Shown here: positions 16,638-27,511 of the stretch, piece by piece
How the letters are laid out: every line of letters begins with the position of its first letter
Position numbering within the stretch: position 1 is the first letter of the stretch
NCBI GenBank assembly: GCA_016192845.1
Contig: JACPTI010000064.1
Span: forward strand, 9,601 to 73,600
Length of the DNA: 64,000 nucleotides
Origin: Acidobacteriota bacterium
Lineage (GTDB): Bacteria > Acidobacteriota > Vicinamibacteria > Vicinamibacterales > UBA2999
Reading direction: 5' to 3'
Translations under genes and position numbers: made by a program
Notes under the pieces: model-generated
The model's database searches: none
The model's input: the letters and a program-made list of their open reading frames with translations, nothing else
Told to the model about the DNA's origin: nothing

Positions 16638-17471
16638 CTACCTGGCCAGCGTCCTGCGCGTGGTCGCCAGCGTGAATTCGAGAGACTCGCGCGGGATGCT
16701 GGTCACAAAGGGCCCGATCAGCCAGCCAAACCCGATCGGGATGTCCCGCGTCAGCGAGATCGACTCGCACTGCACGTATGTGCCACCATCCCGCTCAACA
16801 ACGCGCCAATACGTGTACAGGCGCCAGAGGTACCCGCCGTCACGTCCGACCGGCTTTTCGCGCTCGCGAGGGGTATCGGCCGCCTCGACTTCGGCGATGC
16901 GTGTGCTGTAGATGCGGCTCCGGGCGCGGTCCGGTCGATCTCGATCGAACCGCGCTTCGTGCTCGCTGTTCACCACCACCGTGATGATCTTCTTCATGAC
17001 GAATCGCAGTTCCATCCGGAACAGGTCGCCGTCACGGGCGAGCAGGCGGGATCGAGCGACGGCCGGGCGGTAGATCTCGGCATGCCGGTCGTAGTCCTGC
17101 AGGAGGCCCAGTGTACTGTCGACAGTCGCCCCGGGCACGAAGACCAGCCCGACCCAGTGGTGGACGAGACCCTCGGGGATCGCGATTTCCTTGCCGCCCT
17201 CTCGAATGGTCAGGCGCTCGATGAGCACGGCTCCCTGCTGCAGCTCGCTGCGTCGCCTCGATTGCTGCGACGGCGGCAACGCGTCCACCCAGAGGAATGC
17301 GCTCTCGCTGGCCATACGCGCCTCGGTGATGCGCACATACCGGTCGAAGGCGGCAATCGTGCGAGGCTGCAGCTCCGCAGCACTGGCGGCGACTGCCCAC
17401 AACGCGGATGCCGCAGCAGTCAGACCGATCCAGACGCGCGGTCGACGCGGCGCTGCCTCGATATTCGGCAT
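16638..17471 (-). CDS. Exported START/helix-grip-like protein (paralog B)
   Basis: Near-collinear with 10705-11532 (HHWVGLVFVPG, RSRIYSTRIAEV, ESLEFTLATTR). Confidence 0.75.
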   Translation of the reverse strand: MPNIEAAPRRPRVWIGLTAAASALWAVAASAAELQPRTIAAFDRYVRITEARMASESAFLWVDALPPSQQSRRRSELQQGAVLIERLTIREGGKEIAIPEGLVHHWVGLVFVPGATVDSTLGLLQDYDRHAEIYRPAVARSRLLARDGDLFRMELRFVMKKIITVVVNSEHEARFDRDRPDRARSRIYSTRIAEVEAADTPREREKPVGRDGGYLWRLYTYWRVVERDGGTYVQCESISLTRDIPIGFGWLIGPFVTSIPRESLEFTLATTRRTLAR

Positions 17472-17483
17472 CGGTATATATAC

Positions 17484-17512
17484 AAAAGGGGCAGCCCCGA
17501 AGGACTGCCCCT
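17484..17512 (-). terminator. Intrinsic terminator with UUCG tetraloop
   Basis: Minus strand GGGGCAGTCC-TTCG-GGGCTGCCCC-TTTT right after the 17545 stop. Confidence 0.75.
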
Positions 17513-17544
17513 CTCTGCCTCGCAGCATTGGCGACGCGCGCCGA

Positions 17545-18087
17545 CTACGAGGTCTTCTTGAGCTGGACGAGCAGCGCTTCCAGCATTTTCACATATTCGG
17601 CCTCGGTCGCCTGGAACGCCTTCATGTACTCCTGCTCCGACAACTTGGCCTTGTCCCAGTCGCCGTCGAACGTGTAGCTGCGCCCGCCGATGTCAGCCGT
17701 GTCGAACTGGTTCTCGCGGCGCCGCGGATAGAGCCCGTTGGCGCCGAGGTCCGAAATCAGGACCTTGGAGGCCGGCACCGACGCGCTGTTCAGATCGATG
17801 TAGACGTCGCGGTAGTTCTTCTTCGCGAGCTGCTCGTCCATCCGTTCGGGCACGCTGTACCGCGCCCTGACGACGAGGAGCTGACTGCCGGGGAAATACA
17901 GCGCGCCGACGTACTCGTCGCCCTGCACCTTCGCGGCGATGCTGTCGAGTTTCATCGAGTCGAGGAGTGTGGCAAGCTCCGCCGCAAGTCCGCCCGACTT
18001 GGATTCCTGCGCCCCGGCGAGCACCGGCACCAGCAGCAGGACGAATGCGAAGACCAGCCGTCGCACACCACGCACGCGATCAGTCAT
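17545..18087 (-). CDS. Exported conserved hypothetical protein
   Basis: Signal peptide ending LAGA-QES; strong GC3 codon bias; start 18087 preferred to 18183. Confidence 0.75.
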   Translation of the reverse strand: MTDRVRGVRRLVFAFVLLLVPVLAGAQESKSGGLAAELATLLDSMKLDSIAAKVQGDEYVGALYFPGSQLLVVRARYSVPERMDEQLAKKNYRDVYIDLNSASVPASKVLISDLGANGLYPRRRENQFDTADIGGRSYTFDGDWDKAKLSEQEYMKAFQATEAEYVKMLEALLVQLKKTS

Positions 18088-18105
18088 GGTGCCCCCCGGG
18101 AAGCA

Positions 18106-18139
18106 CCCCACCGCGCAAATTCCGCGCGGCGGGGACCCC
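18106..18139. repeat. REP-like hairpin CCCCACCGCGC..GCGCGGCGGGG-ACCCC; sister copy at 31637-31671
   Basis: Same stem sequence in two intergenic regions. Confidence 0.6.
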
Positions 18140-18192
18140 GCAACGCTAGGGCGTCTTGTATCACCGGCGGCGGCGCCCGTCAATCAGGAGTC

Positions 18193-18243
18193 GGCAGTAG
18201 GCAGTGGGCACTGGGCCGTGCGGCTTACTGCCTACTGCCTACT
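18193..18243. repeat. Heptamer tandem repeats in inverted arms (GGCAGTA / TACTGCC)
   Basis: Directly visible. Confidence 0.75.
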
Positions 18244-18526
18244 ATCCAATGAAGAGCGGGCCTTCCTCGTCGGGCGATCCGGCGCGCGCGTCCTTCTGCG
18301 GCCCGCGGAAGATCGCGAGGATCGCCTTGAACACCGACGTCGCGCGGGCGGCGTCGGCCGTGAGCGCCTGCAGGCTGGCCACGATGGGGCGGATGTCCTG
18401 CTCGACGCGGTCGGCAAACCGATCGACGCGGCGCGCGAGCCGGACGGCGACGATGACGGCGGCCACCTGAATGGCGGCCATCACCAGCACCGCAACGGCG
18501 ATCACGCCGAGAAAGACGTCCGCCAC
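18242..18526 (-). CDS. Small single-TM hypothetical protein at end of the mla operon
   Basis: N-terminal TM helix then amphipathic helix; abuts the mlaD stop. Confidence 0.65.
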   Translation of the reverse strand: MADVFLGVIAVAVLVMAAIQVAAVIVAVRLARRVDRFADRVEQDIRPIVASLQALTADAARATSVFKAILAIFRGPQKDARAGSPDEEGPLFIG

Positions 18527-19566
18527 TAGAACAGGCTCACGCGCACGCTGAGGAATTTCCTGGGATCGGCGCGGATGTCGCGCACGAGCTGACGCAGCTC
18601 GGCGACCGCGCTATTCATGTTCTCATACAACTGCCCGTCGCGCAGCAATTGTCCGGCGGTCCCCTGCCCCTCCTGCAGGCCGGCCATCACCTTGTCGAGG
18701 CGGTCTGACATCGAGTTCAGCCGGTCGTACAGTTCCCGGTCGCTAATCAGCTTCCCCGCCGTCCCCTCGCCGCGGCTGATGCGCCCCGTGATCGCATCGA
18801 GGTTCGTCGTCGTCGAGGCGAGCGAACGCGCGAGTGCGTCGTCGTTGAGAAACCTGCCCAGGCTTCCCTCGCCCGCGCGAATCCGCGCCGTGATCGCCTC
18901 GAAGTTCTGCAGCGACGACTCGAGCGCCTTCGCCGCCGCCGGATCGTTGACCAGCCGCCCCAGCGTGCCGCGCCCCCGGTTCACGCTGGCGACGACCTTT
19001 TCCGCCGCCGAGACGAGCGCCGTCATCTCGTTATAGAGCGCTTCGTCCGTAAAGAGTCGGCCGACTGTTCCCTGACCGCGGCGGATGTCCTGCAGCAGAT
19101 ACGTCAGCTGCTCGATGCCCTGGGTGGCGCGCGTGGCCACCTCCGTCAGCGATCCGGGCGTGGGCCCGGACGGCACGTATCCCCATTCCGGAATCGGCGT
19201 GCCGCGGCTCGAGGCGGTGATATCGACGGCGGCCTCACCCAGCAGCGAGACCGACCCGAGGTACGCCCGCGACTCGGTCGTCACCTGGCGCTGATAGTCC
19301 TGGTTGAGCTCCACGACGACCTCGACCTGGTCGCCCACCAGATCGACCTCGCTCACCGATCCGACCTCGACGCCGGCAACGCGCACCGGCGCGCCCGGCT
19401 TCAGGCCCGCGGCGTTGGGAAAGATGGTCTTGATCGAGTAGCGCTGCCAGAAGAAGCCCCCTTCCCCGCTGACGAGGAAGATGAGGACCATCGACGTGAC
19501 GAGCGCGAAGGCGGCCACGAGTCCAATCTTGAGCTCAGCCCATCCGAGCGAGCGCGTGCGGGGCAT
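18526..19566 (-). CDS. mlaD: MCE/MlaD family protein with long helical tail
   Basis: GLKPGAPVRVAGVEVGSV MCE motif; five G.G(T/S).G(R/K/Q)L repeats. Confidence 0.9.
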   Translation of the reverse strand: MPRTRSLGWAELKIGLVAAFALVTSMVLIFLVSGEGGFFWQRYSIKTIFPNAAGLKPGAPVRVAGVEVGSVSEVDLVGDQVEVVVELNQDYQRQVTTESRAYLGSVSLLGEAAVDITASSRGTPIPEWGYVPSGPTPGSLTEVATRATQGIEQLTYLLQDIRRGQGTVGRLFTDEALYNEMTALVSAAEKVVASVNRGRGTLGRLVNDPAAAKALESSLQNFEAITARIRAGEGSLGRFLNDDALARSLASTTTNLDAITGRISRGEGTAGKLISDRELYDRLNSMSDRLDKVMAGLQEGQGTAGQLLRDGQLYENMNSAVAELRQLVRDIRADPRKFLSVRVSLF

Positions 19567-19577
19567 TGCTTATCCTT

Positions 19578-20426
19578 TCACGACAAGAACGTCTTCAGGT
19601 AGGGATCCGAAGACGCGCGAAGGTCGGCGGCATGCCCCTCGAAGGCAATACCGCCGTCCTTTAGCATGATGAACTCCGCTTCCTCCGCCTTGTCCGCGTC
19701 GGCCGGCCGGATCTGAATCAGCCCGTCGTCGCGCCGGATCGCCTCGTGCGTCGCCACGTAGAAGGCGTCGCGCAGCTGGTGGGTGACGAGAATCGAGCTG
19801 ACGTTCTCCAGATCACGGAGCTTGATGATTTCATGATCGACGGTCGTGGCGGTAATCGGGTCGAGCCCGGTGGTCGGCTCGTCGTACAGGAGCAGACGCG
19901 GCTTGGCCGACATGGCGCGCGCGATGGCAACGCGCCGCCGCTGGCCGCCGGAGAGCTCCGACGGCATGCGATCGATGTACTCACCGAGCCCGATGAAGCC
20001 GAGCACCTCCTCGACGCGCCGCCGGACGGCGTCGAGCGGCATGTCGGTCTCCTCGTAGAGCTTGTAGCCGACGTTCTCGGCCACCGTCAGCGAATCGAAC
20101 AGCGCCCCCTCCTGGAACACCATGCCCAGATCGGCGCGCACCCTCATCAGCTCGCTTTCCGACATGAGATCGACGCGCTCGCCGTTGACCCAGATCAGGC
20201 CGGAATCCGGCCTGAGCAGGCCCAGAATCAGCTTCAGGATGGTCGACTTCCCGGAGCCGCTGGCGCCAAGGATGATTTTGGTGTGCCCGGCGATCATCGT
20301 GAAGCTGATGTCGCGCAGGACCACCTTGTCGTCGAAGGCGAGTGACACCTTGTCGAAGACCACGATCGGCGATCCTGGCCCGAGCGCCTCGTCCAGCTCC
20401 GGTGAGCGTGCCGTCGCAAACGCCAT
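19578..20426 (-). CDS. mlaF: MlaF-type ABC ATPase
   Basis: GASGSGKS, VFQEGALFDSLTV.ENV, LSGGQRRR, LYDEPTTGLDP; ATG 20426 overlaps the mlaE stop. Confidence 0.93.
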   Translation of the reverse strand: MAFATARSPELDEALGPGSPIVVFDKVSLAFDDKVVLRDISFTMIAGHTKIILGASGSGKSTILKLILGLLRPDSGLIWVNGERVDLMSESELMRVRADLGMVFQEGALFDSLTVAENVGYKLYEETDMPLDAVRRRVEEVLGFIGLGEYIDRMPSELSGGQRRRVAIARAMSAKPRLLLYDEPTTGLDPITATTVDHEIIKLRDLENVSSILVTHQLRDAFYVATHEAIRRDDGLIQIRPADADKAEEAEFIMLKDGGIAFEGHAADLRASSDPYLKTFLS

Positions 20427-21199
20427 CAGAACAACAACGTAATCAACAACCGCGTGATGAAGAAATCTACGGCGATCACCGCCACCGACGAAGCGACCAC
20501 CGCGTTGGTCGTCGCGCGGCCGACGCCCTGCGTGCCCCCGTGGGTGCGAAGCCCGACGTGGCAGCCGATTGTCACGATCACGAACCCGAGGCACACCGGC
20601 TTGATGAGCCCCATCCACAGATCCTCGAGATAGAGGACCTCGACGACCGACGTCCAGTACAGGCTCGACGCCACCCTTAATTGAAACACGGCAATCAACC
20701 AGCCGCCGATGATGCCGACGGTGTCGGCGATCACGGTCAACACCGGCGCCATGAGCGTGCCGGCGAGCACCCGCGGCACCACGAGCTTCCGCACCGGGTC
20801 CGTGCCGAGCGCCCGCAGCGCGTTGATCTGGTCGGTGACCATCATCGAGCCGAGCTCCGCGGCGATGCCGGATCCGACGCGCCCCGCCAGCATGAGGCCG
20901 GTCAGCACCGGCCCCAGCTCCTTGATCATCGACGCGCTGACGAGGCGGCCGACGAACGGGCGTGCGCCGAACTGGTCGAGCGTGATCCCGGTCTGCAGCG
21001 CGAGCACCGCCCCGGTGAAGAAGCCGGTCAGCAGGACGACCGTCAGCGATCCGATCCCGATCTGCTCGAACTGCTCGACGATATCGTGGAAGTACAAGGG
21101 ACGCGTCACGGCGCCCCGCATCGTCGCCGCCTGCAGGCGCACGTACTCCTGCAGCTCGAGCAGCGCCGCCTTCAGCCAGCTGGAGAGGAGCGTCAGCAC
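20426..21199 (-). CDS. mlaE: MlaE ABC permease
   Basis: [40 protein letters not shown]. Confidence 0.95.
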   Translation of the reverse strand: MLTLLSSWLKAALLELQEYVRLQAATMRGAVTRPLYFHDIVEQFEQIGIGSLTVVLLTGFFTGAVLALQTGITLDQFGARPFVGRLVSASMIKELGPVLTGLMLAGRVGSGIAAELGSMMVTDQINALRALGTDPVRKLVVPRVLAGTLMAPVLTVIADTVGIIGGWLIAVFQLRVASSLYWTSVVEVLYLEDLWMGLIKPVCLGFVIVTIGCHVGLRTHGGTQGVGRATTNAVVASSVAVIAVDFFITRLLITLLF

Positions 21200-21203
21200 G
21201 CGA

Positions 21204-23207
<2,004 letters not shown>

Positions 23208-23210
23208 TTA

Positions 23211-23290
23211 CGATTTGTGAATTGCGAATTGTGATTGGGCCAGACGGTCGGCCGCACATCACCAATCACAAATCACTAATCATAAATGAT
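23211..23290. repeat. Heptamer repeats in inverted arms (GTGA(A/T)TT / AAATCAC)
   Basis: Directly visible between uvrB and the VWA gene. Confidence 0.7.
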
Positions 23291-24247
23291 TTACTGTGCT
23301 TCTCTGTAGAGCGCGAAATAGCCCTTCCGCGACTGGACGCGCACGTTCCGCAGGCCCGGGCGCGTGACGCGCACCTCCACCCGGCGCCACTTGCCGTCCT
23401 GCGCGGTGTTCGTGGAGGTATAGCCGAGCGTGTACTGATTGCGGATCTGCGCGACGATCTTCTCGTAGGCGGCCTCCACGTCCTTCATCACCGACGGGAA
23501 GAACGCCTGCCCGCCGGTCGTCTCCGCAATCTCGGTCATCCGCATGCGTTGCGCGAGGCGGACGCTGCTCGGCTGGTTCTCGAGGAAGCCGACGGCGTGA
23601 ATCGTGACGTCGGATGCGCGGACGAGCGTCATCACGTCGCCGAAGCTGATCGTGCTGCGCGTGTCGCCGCCGTCGGTGTAGAGCACGAGGATCTTGCGCC
23701 CCTCGTCCTCGGCCGCGCCGTCGAGATAGACGCCGAGCGCGTCGTACATCGCGGTCCAGCCGCCCGGCTGCCGGCCGCGGATCCGCTCGACCATGCGGGC
23801 GAAGTCGCGCGGCGGGTACTTGGCGACCCGGACCTCGGTGTCGAAGTCGACGAGCGTCACGTCCACCGCGTCGTCGATCGTGTTCAGGAACTTGATGGCC
23901 GCCGAGCGGGCGAGCTTGATGTCCTCCCCCATGCTGCCGCTCGTGTCGAAGAGCAGGCCGAGGTGCAGCGGGGGCGCCTCGGCCCCGCCGTCGCCGCGCG
24001 CGAACGAGGCGATCGCCTGGCGCCTGCCGTCCTCGAGGATCTCGAAGTCGTCTCTGGTGAGGTCGGTAATGAAGCCGCCGCGCCGATCCGTGACGGTGAC
24101 CCCCACCGTCACCAGGTCGACCCGGGCGCGGAACTGTGCTTCGACTTCGCTCAGGACGGGTCCTGCGGCCGCGCCGAGCGCCAGACATCCCACGATCGAA
24201 CCAGTCACCAGGGCCCTGCGCATGACCACGTCGTCAGTGAGCTTCAA
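23291..24247 (-). CDS. Exported VWA-domain protein (Acidobacterial VWFA-related type)
   Basis: FRARVDLVTV.VTVTD, DTSGS MIDAS, YTDGGD, QYTLGY, R.GY; start uncertain (24247 or 24223). Confidence 0.88.
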   Translation of the reverse strand: MKLTDDVVMRRALVTGSIVGCLALGAAAGPVLSEVEAQFRARVDLVTVGVTVTDRRGGFITDLTRDDFEILEDGRRQAIASFARGDGGAEAPPLHLGLLFDTSGSMGEDIKLARSAAIKFLNTIDDAVDVTLVDFDTEVRVAKYPPRDFARMVERIRGRQPGGWTAMYDALGVYLDGAAEDEGRKILVLYTDGGDTRSTISFGDVMTLVRASDVTIHAVGFLENQPSSVRLAQRMRMTEIAETTGGQAFFPSVMKDVEAAYEKIVAQIRNQYTLGYTSTNTAQDGKWRRVEVRVTRPGLRNVRVQSRKGYFALYREAQ

Positions 24248-24349
24248 TCCTACACCTGTCGCGACGTAAACCCGATATATCTGGGGGGCGTATAATTAGG
24301 GTTTCGCGCCTATGGTGCAGCGTCTCCCGGGGACGGCGGCGGTCGTTCT

Positions 24350-25777
24350 ATGAGGTGCCTCGCCGTCTGCCAGACCGAACTGGTCATCAGGATGCTCGAC
24401 GAAATCCTGCTGCCCAGCTTCGAGGTCGAGTTCCTCGTCGACAGCAAGCCGGTCGCCCGCCGCCTCCACGAGGCGGGCCTGAACGTTACGGCCGCCGACC
24501 CGCGGCGCACCGACACCTACCTCAAAGCCGACCTGACTCCCGGGACCTGCGTGGTGGTCGAAGATACCGGCCGCCGCGGCCTGAAGAAGATTCTCGAAAC
24601 AATCCGCGATGCCGGCGGCACGCTCGTGTACGTGCTCGGGGTCGGCATCTCACACGTCCGGGAGCGCGAGGAGGCGCTCAAGGCGCAGTTCCCCGAACTG
24701 AACTACCTGGCGCTGTCGGAGCTGTTCGGCGGCCCGCTCCTGACCGAGTTCAGCCGTTCGCTGACGCGGCTCCGCGTGCAGCAGTACCAGCGCTTCTTCA
24801 GCGACGCGGAGCGCGTGCTCATCCTGCTCCACAACGAGCCCGATCCGGACGCGCTGGCGAGCGGCCTCGCCCTGCGGAACGTGCTCCGCCGCACGCGCCA
24901 GACCGCGATCATCGCCGCGCTCGAGGGGGTGACGCGGCCCGAGAACGTGCGGATGCTGAACCTGCTCGACCTGCACGTCGAGCAGATCACGCCGGCGCAG
25001 GTGGCGGAATACGACCGCGTGGCGATGGTCGACGTGCAGCCGCATTACTTCGGCGGCGTGATCGACCGCGTCGATCTCGTGATCGACCACCACCCGGAGC
25101 AGCCGGGCTACACCGCCGTTTTCAAGGACATCCGGCCGGACTACGGCTCGACGTCCACGATTCTCACCGAGCACCTGCGGGCGGTCGACGCGAACATCTC
25201 CGAACGGACGGCCACCGCCATGCTCTACGCGATCAAGTCCGACACGCTGTTCTTCAACCGACAGGCGAACCGCGTGGACATCGAGGCGTTCTCGTACCTC
25301 TATCCGCTCGCCGACGCCGCCCTCATCCGGAAGATGGAGGGGGCGGAAATCACGATGGAACGGCTGGAATACGTGCTCAAGGCCAAGCAGCACGGGCGCC
25401 TCGTCGAGCAGGTGTTCTGCGCGTTCCTCGGCACGTCGCCCCGCGAGGACTTCATTCCGTACGTGGCCGACTTCTACCTGCAGCTGGAGAACGTCAAGTG
25501 GACGATCGTCGCCGGCATCGTCCATGACTCGGTCATCATCTCCGTGCGGAACCTCGGGTACTCACGCAACGCCGGCGAGTTCGTGCGGAAGTTCTTCGCC
25601 GACATCGGCAGCGCCGGCGGCCATCGCGCCATGGCCAAGGCCGTGGTGCCGCTCCACGCGTTCCGCGACAAATTCGGCAATCTCCAGGCCGACGGCTTCA
25701 CGGAACGCATCCTGACGATGGCGCTCGACTTCCTCCACGAGCATCAGCCGCCCGAGCGCCGGCTCGTCAGGGCGTAA
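24350..25777 (+). CDS. DHH-family phosphoesterase with degenerate N-terminal RCK/TrkA-like region
   Basis: HNEPDPDALAS, VDVQP, IDHH, SDT, GGH (DHHA1). Confidence 0.88.
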   Translation: MRCLAVCQTELVIRMLDEILLPSFEVEFLVDSKPVARRLHEAGLNVTAADPRRTDTYLKADLTPGTCVVVEDTGRRGLKKILETIRDAGGTLVYVLGVGISHVREREEALKAQFPELNYLALSELFGGPLLTEFSRSLTRLRVQQYQRFFSDAERVLILLHNEPDPDALASGLALRNVLRRTRQTAIIAALEGVTRPENVRMLNLLDLHVEQITPAQVAEYDRVAMVDVQPHYFGGVIDRVDLVIDHHPEQPGYTAVFKDIRPDYGSTSTILTEHLRAVDANISERTATAMLYAIKSDTLFFNRQANRVDIEAFSYLYPLADAALIRKMEGAEITMERLEYVLKAKQHGRLVEQVFCAFLGTSPREDFIPYVADFYLQLENVKWTIVAGIVHDSVIISVRNLGYSRNAGEFVRKFFADIGSAGGHRAMAKAVVPLHAFRDKFGNLQADGFTERILTMALDFLHEHQPPERRLVRA

Positions 25778-25787
25778 GGAGAAAGCG

Positions 25788-25973
25788 GTGAAGGACGCGC
25801 ACGTCTGCTCGATCGAGCTCGAATCGGAGAAGGTGGCGTTCCTGGAACAGATGGCGGCAACCTACGGCCTTCCCGACGTCGGGAAGGCCGTGCGGTGCCT
25901 CGTCAACTACGCGCGGGAGAATCCCGACAAGCACGAGGCGATCTTCGCCGAGGTGCGCTGCCTCGACTGTTGA
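25788..25973 (+). CDS. Small ribbon-helix-helix-like protein ending in CxxC
   Basis: GTG start after AAGGAGA; strand-helix-helix pattern, ..GKAVRCLVNY.., C-terminal RCLDC. Confidence 0.7.
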   Translation: MKDAHVCSIELESEKVAFLEQMAATYGLPDVGKAVRCLVNYARENPDKHEAIFAEVRCLDC

Positions 25974-26095
25974 TTGCTTCTTGCTCGGGTCGTCCGCCGG
26001 GTTCACGTGGTTCACCGTGAACGGGCCGATCCCGTGGCCGCCGCGGCGGTTGCGCACGGACGCCCGGCGGACTTACCGTAGGGCTGAGGCAGGCG

Positions 26096-26662
26096 ATGCT
26101 CAGTGCGGCGGAACTGCGGCCGGGTCTGGCCGTCCGGCTGGAAGGCGCCCTCTATAAGGTCCTGGAGGCGACCTACCACGCCGGCCAGGGGAAGATGGGC
26201 GGTGTCACGCACGCCAAGCTGCGCAACCTGGACACCGGTACCATGCGGGAGTGGCGCTTCCGCGCCGACGAACCGGTCGAGGAGATCACGCCCGAGCGGC
26301 AGACGCTCCAGTTCCTCTACAGAGACGACGACCTTGCATATTTCATGCATCCGGAGACGTTCGAGCAGACGTCGATCGAGATCGCGCGTCTGGGCCGCGC
26401 CGTGCACTTCCTCACCGAAACGATAACCGTCCCGGTAGAGTTCGTCGGCGGGCAGCCGATCGGGATCGTGTTTCCGGAAATCGCGGACGCCCGGGTCGCC
26501 GATACGGCGCCGCCCGAGCACGGGAGCGGCACCAACGTCTGGAAGAGCGCGCGCCTCGAGAACGGCCTGGCGGTCATGGTCCCGCCGTTCATCGCTCCCG
26601 GGGAGATCATCCGCGTCGACGTCGAGCGCGGGACGTACGTCGAGCGGGCCAGAAAGAGGTGA
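26096..26662 (+). CDS. efp: Elongation factor P family protein with non-canonical tip loop
   Basis: ELRPG...EG..Y, KLRNL.TG, FLY, FM.PETFEQ, K.A.LENG..V.VP.FI..GE.I.VD...G.Y..RA; loop AGQGKMG instead of KPGKG. Confidence 0.85.
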   Translation: MLSAAELRPGLAVRLEGALYKVLEATYHAGQGKMGGVTHAKLRNLDTGTMREWRFRADEPVEEITPERQTLQFLYRDDDLAYFMHPETFEQTSIEIARLGRAVHFLTETITVPVEFVGGQPIGIVFPEIADARVADTAPPEHGSGTNVWKSARLENGLAVMVPPFIAPGEIIRVDVERGTYVERARKR

Positions 26663-26666
26663 CCGT

Positions 26667-27080
26667 ATGTTGAGCACACGACCCGCCAAGGAAACGATCG
26701 TCAGGATGCCGAACGAGATCGGCGGGCTCGACCGCCTGGCCCGAGTGATCGCCGACAAGGGCGTCAACATCCTGGGCGTCTGCGCCTGGGTGGAAGGATC
26801 CGAGGCGGTCATTCGACTGCTGACGGATGACAGCGTGCGCGTGGCGGATGTCCTGAAACCCCAGTACAACGTGCGTCAGGCGGATGTGCTCGTCGCCGAG
26901 CTGCCGCACAAGCCCGGCATGCTCCATCGGGTGACCGAGAGGCTGGCGCAGGCGGACGTCGACATCCATCACTTGTATGCGGCGGCGACCGGCAGTCAGG
27001 ACCGGTGCCTGGTCGTCTTCGCCACGGCGAACAACGACCGCGCGATGGTGCTGCTGAACGCGTCAACACCGGCGGCCTGA
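26667..27080 (+). CDS. Tandem ACT-domain protein
   Basis: MPNEIGGL.R....IAD.GVNI and LPHKPG.L..V...LA...VDI. Confidence 0.85.
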   Translation: MLSTRPAKETIVRMPNEIGGLDRLARVIADKGVNILGVCAWVEGSEAVIRLLTDDSVRVADVLKPQYNVRQADVLVAELPHKPGMLHRVTERLAQADVDIHHLYAAATGSQDRCLVVFATANNDRAMVLLNASTPAA

Positions 27081-27319
27081 AAGAGCCCCATCCCGATGAG
27101 GGTCACGTCCCTGAAATAGACCTGCGCATCGTGGCTCAAGCCTTCGACGCGGTTGAGTTGTCCGATCAGGGGCTGTGTAAAGAAGGTCTGACAGGTGAAC
27201 TGGCCGTTGCCATAGCACAGAAGCACCGCACGGGCAGCCTCTTTGGCTTCAGCAGGCGTCCAATCTCCTGGCAGGGGTCTCGTGTGGAGCTTGATCGGAT
27301 TCGTTCGGTTGAACGTCAT
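26996..27319 (-). CDS. Possible small hypothetical protein overlapping the ACT gene 3' end
   Basis: ATG 27319 preceded by GAGGTG; lower GC; 85-nt convergent overlap weakens the call. Confidence 0.35.
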   Translation of the reverse strand: MTFNRTNPIKLHTRPLPGDWTPAEAKEAARAVLLCYGNGQFTCQTFFTQPLIGQLNRVEGLSHDAQVYFRDVTLIGMGLFQAAGVDAFSSTIARSLFAVAKTTRHRS

Positions 27320-27511
27320 GGTTGCACCTCGCGTTTCGCGCACGCGTGATCGCCGCCGACGCGGCCGCGTGCCAACCGCGTGAGTCGCGCGACACGTGTC
27401 GCAATGACCCATGGTTGCATGCTGGACATGGACGATCAGTGCGGTGCAGGAAGGAATCCCTGAGGCCCATTCAACCCTCCATCTCTCGGAGAGCCATCGC
27501 CGAACGCCCGC

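Noticed and set aside
4132-17500. Prophage or integrative element at the tRNA
   Set aside because: No integrase, transposase, phage structural or conjugation genes and no clean att duplication; only the weak relic at 5156-5245
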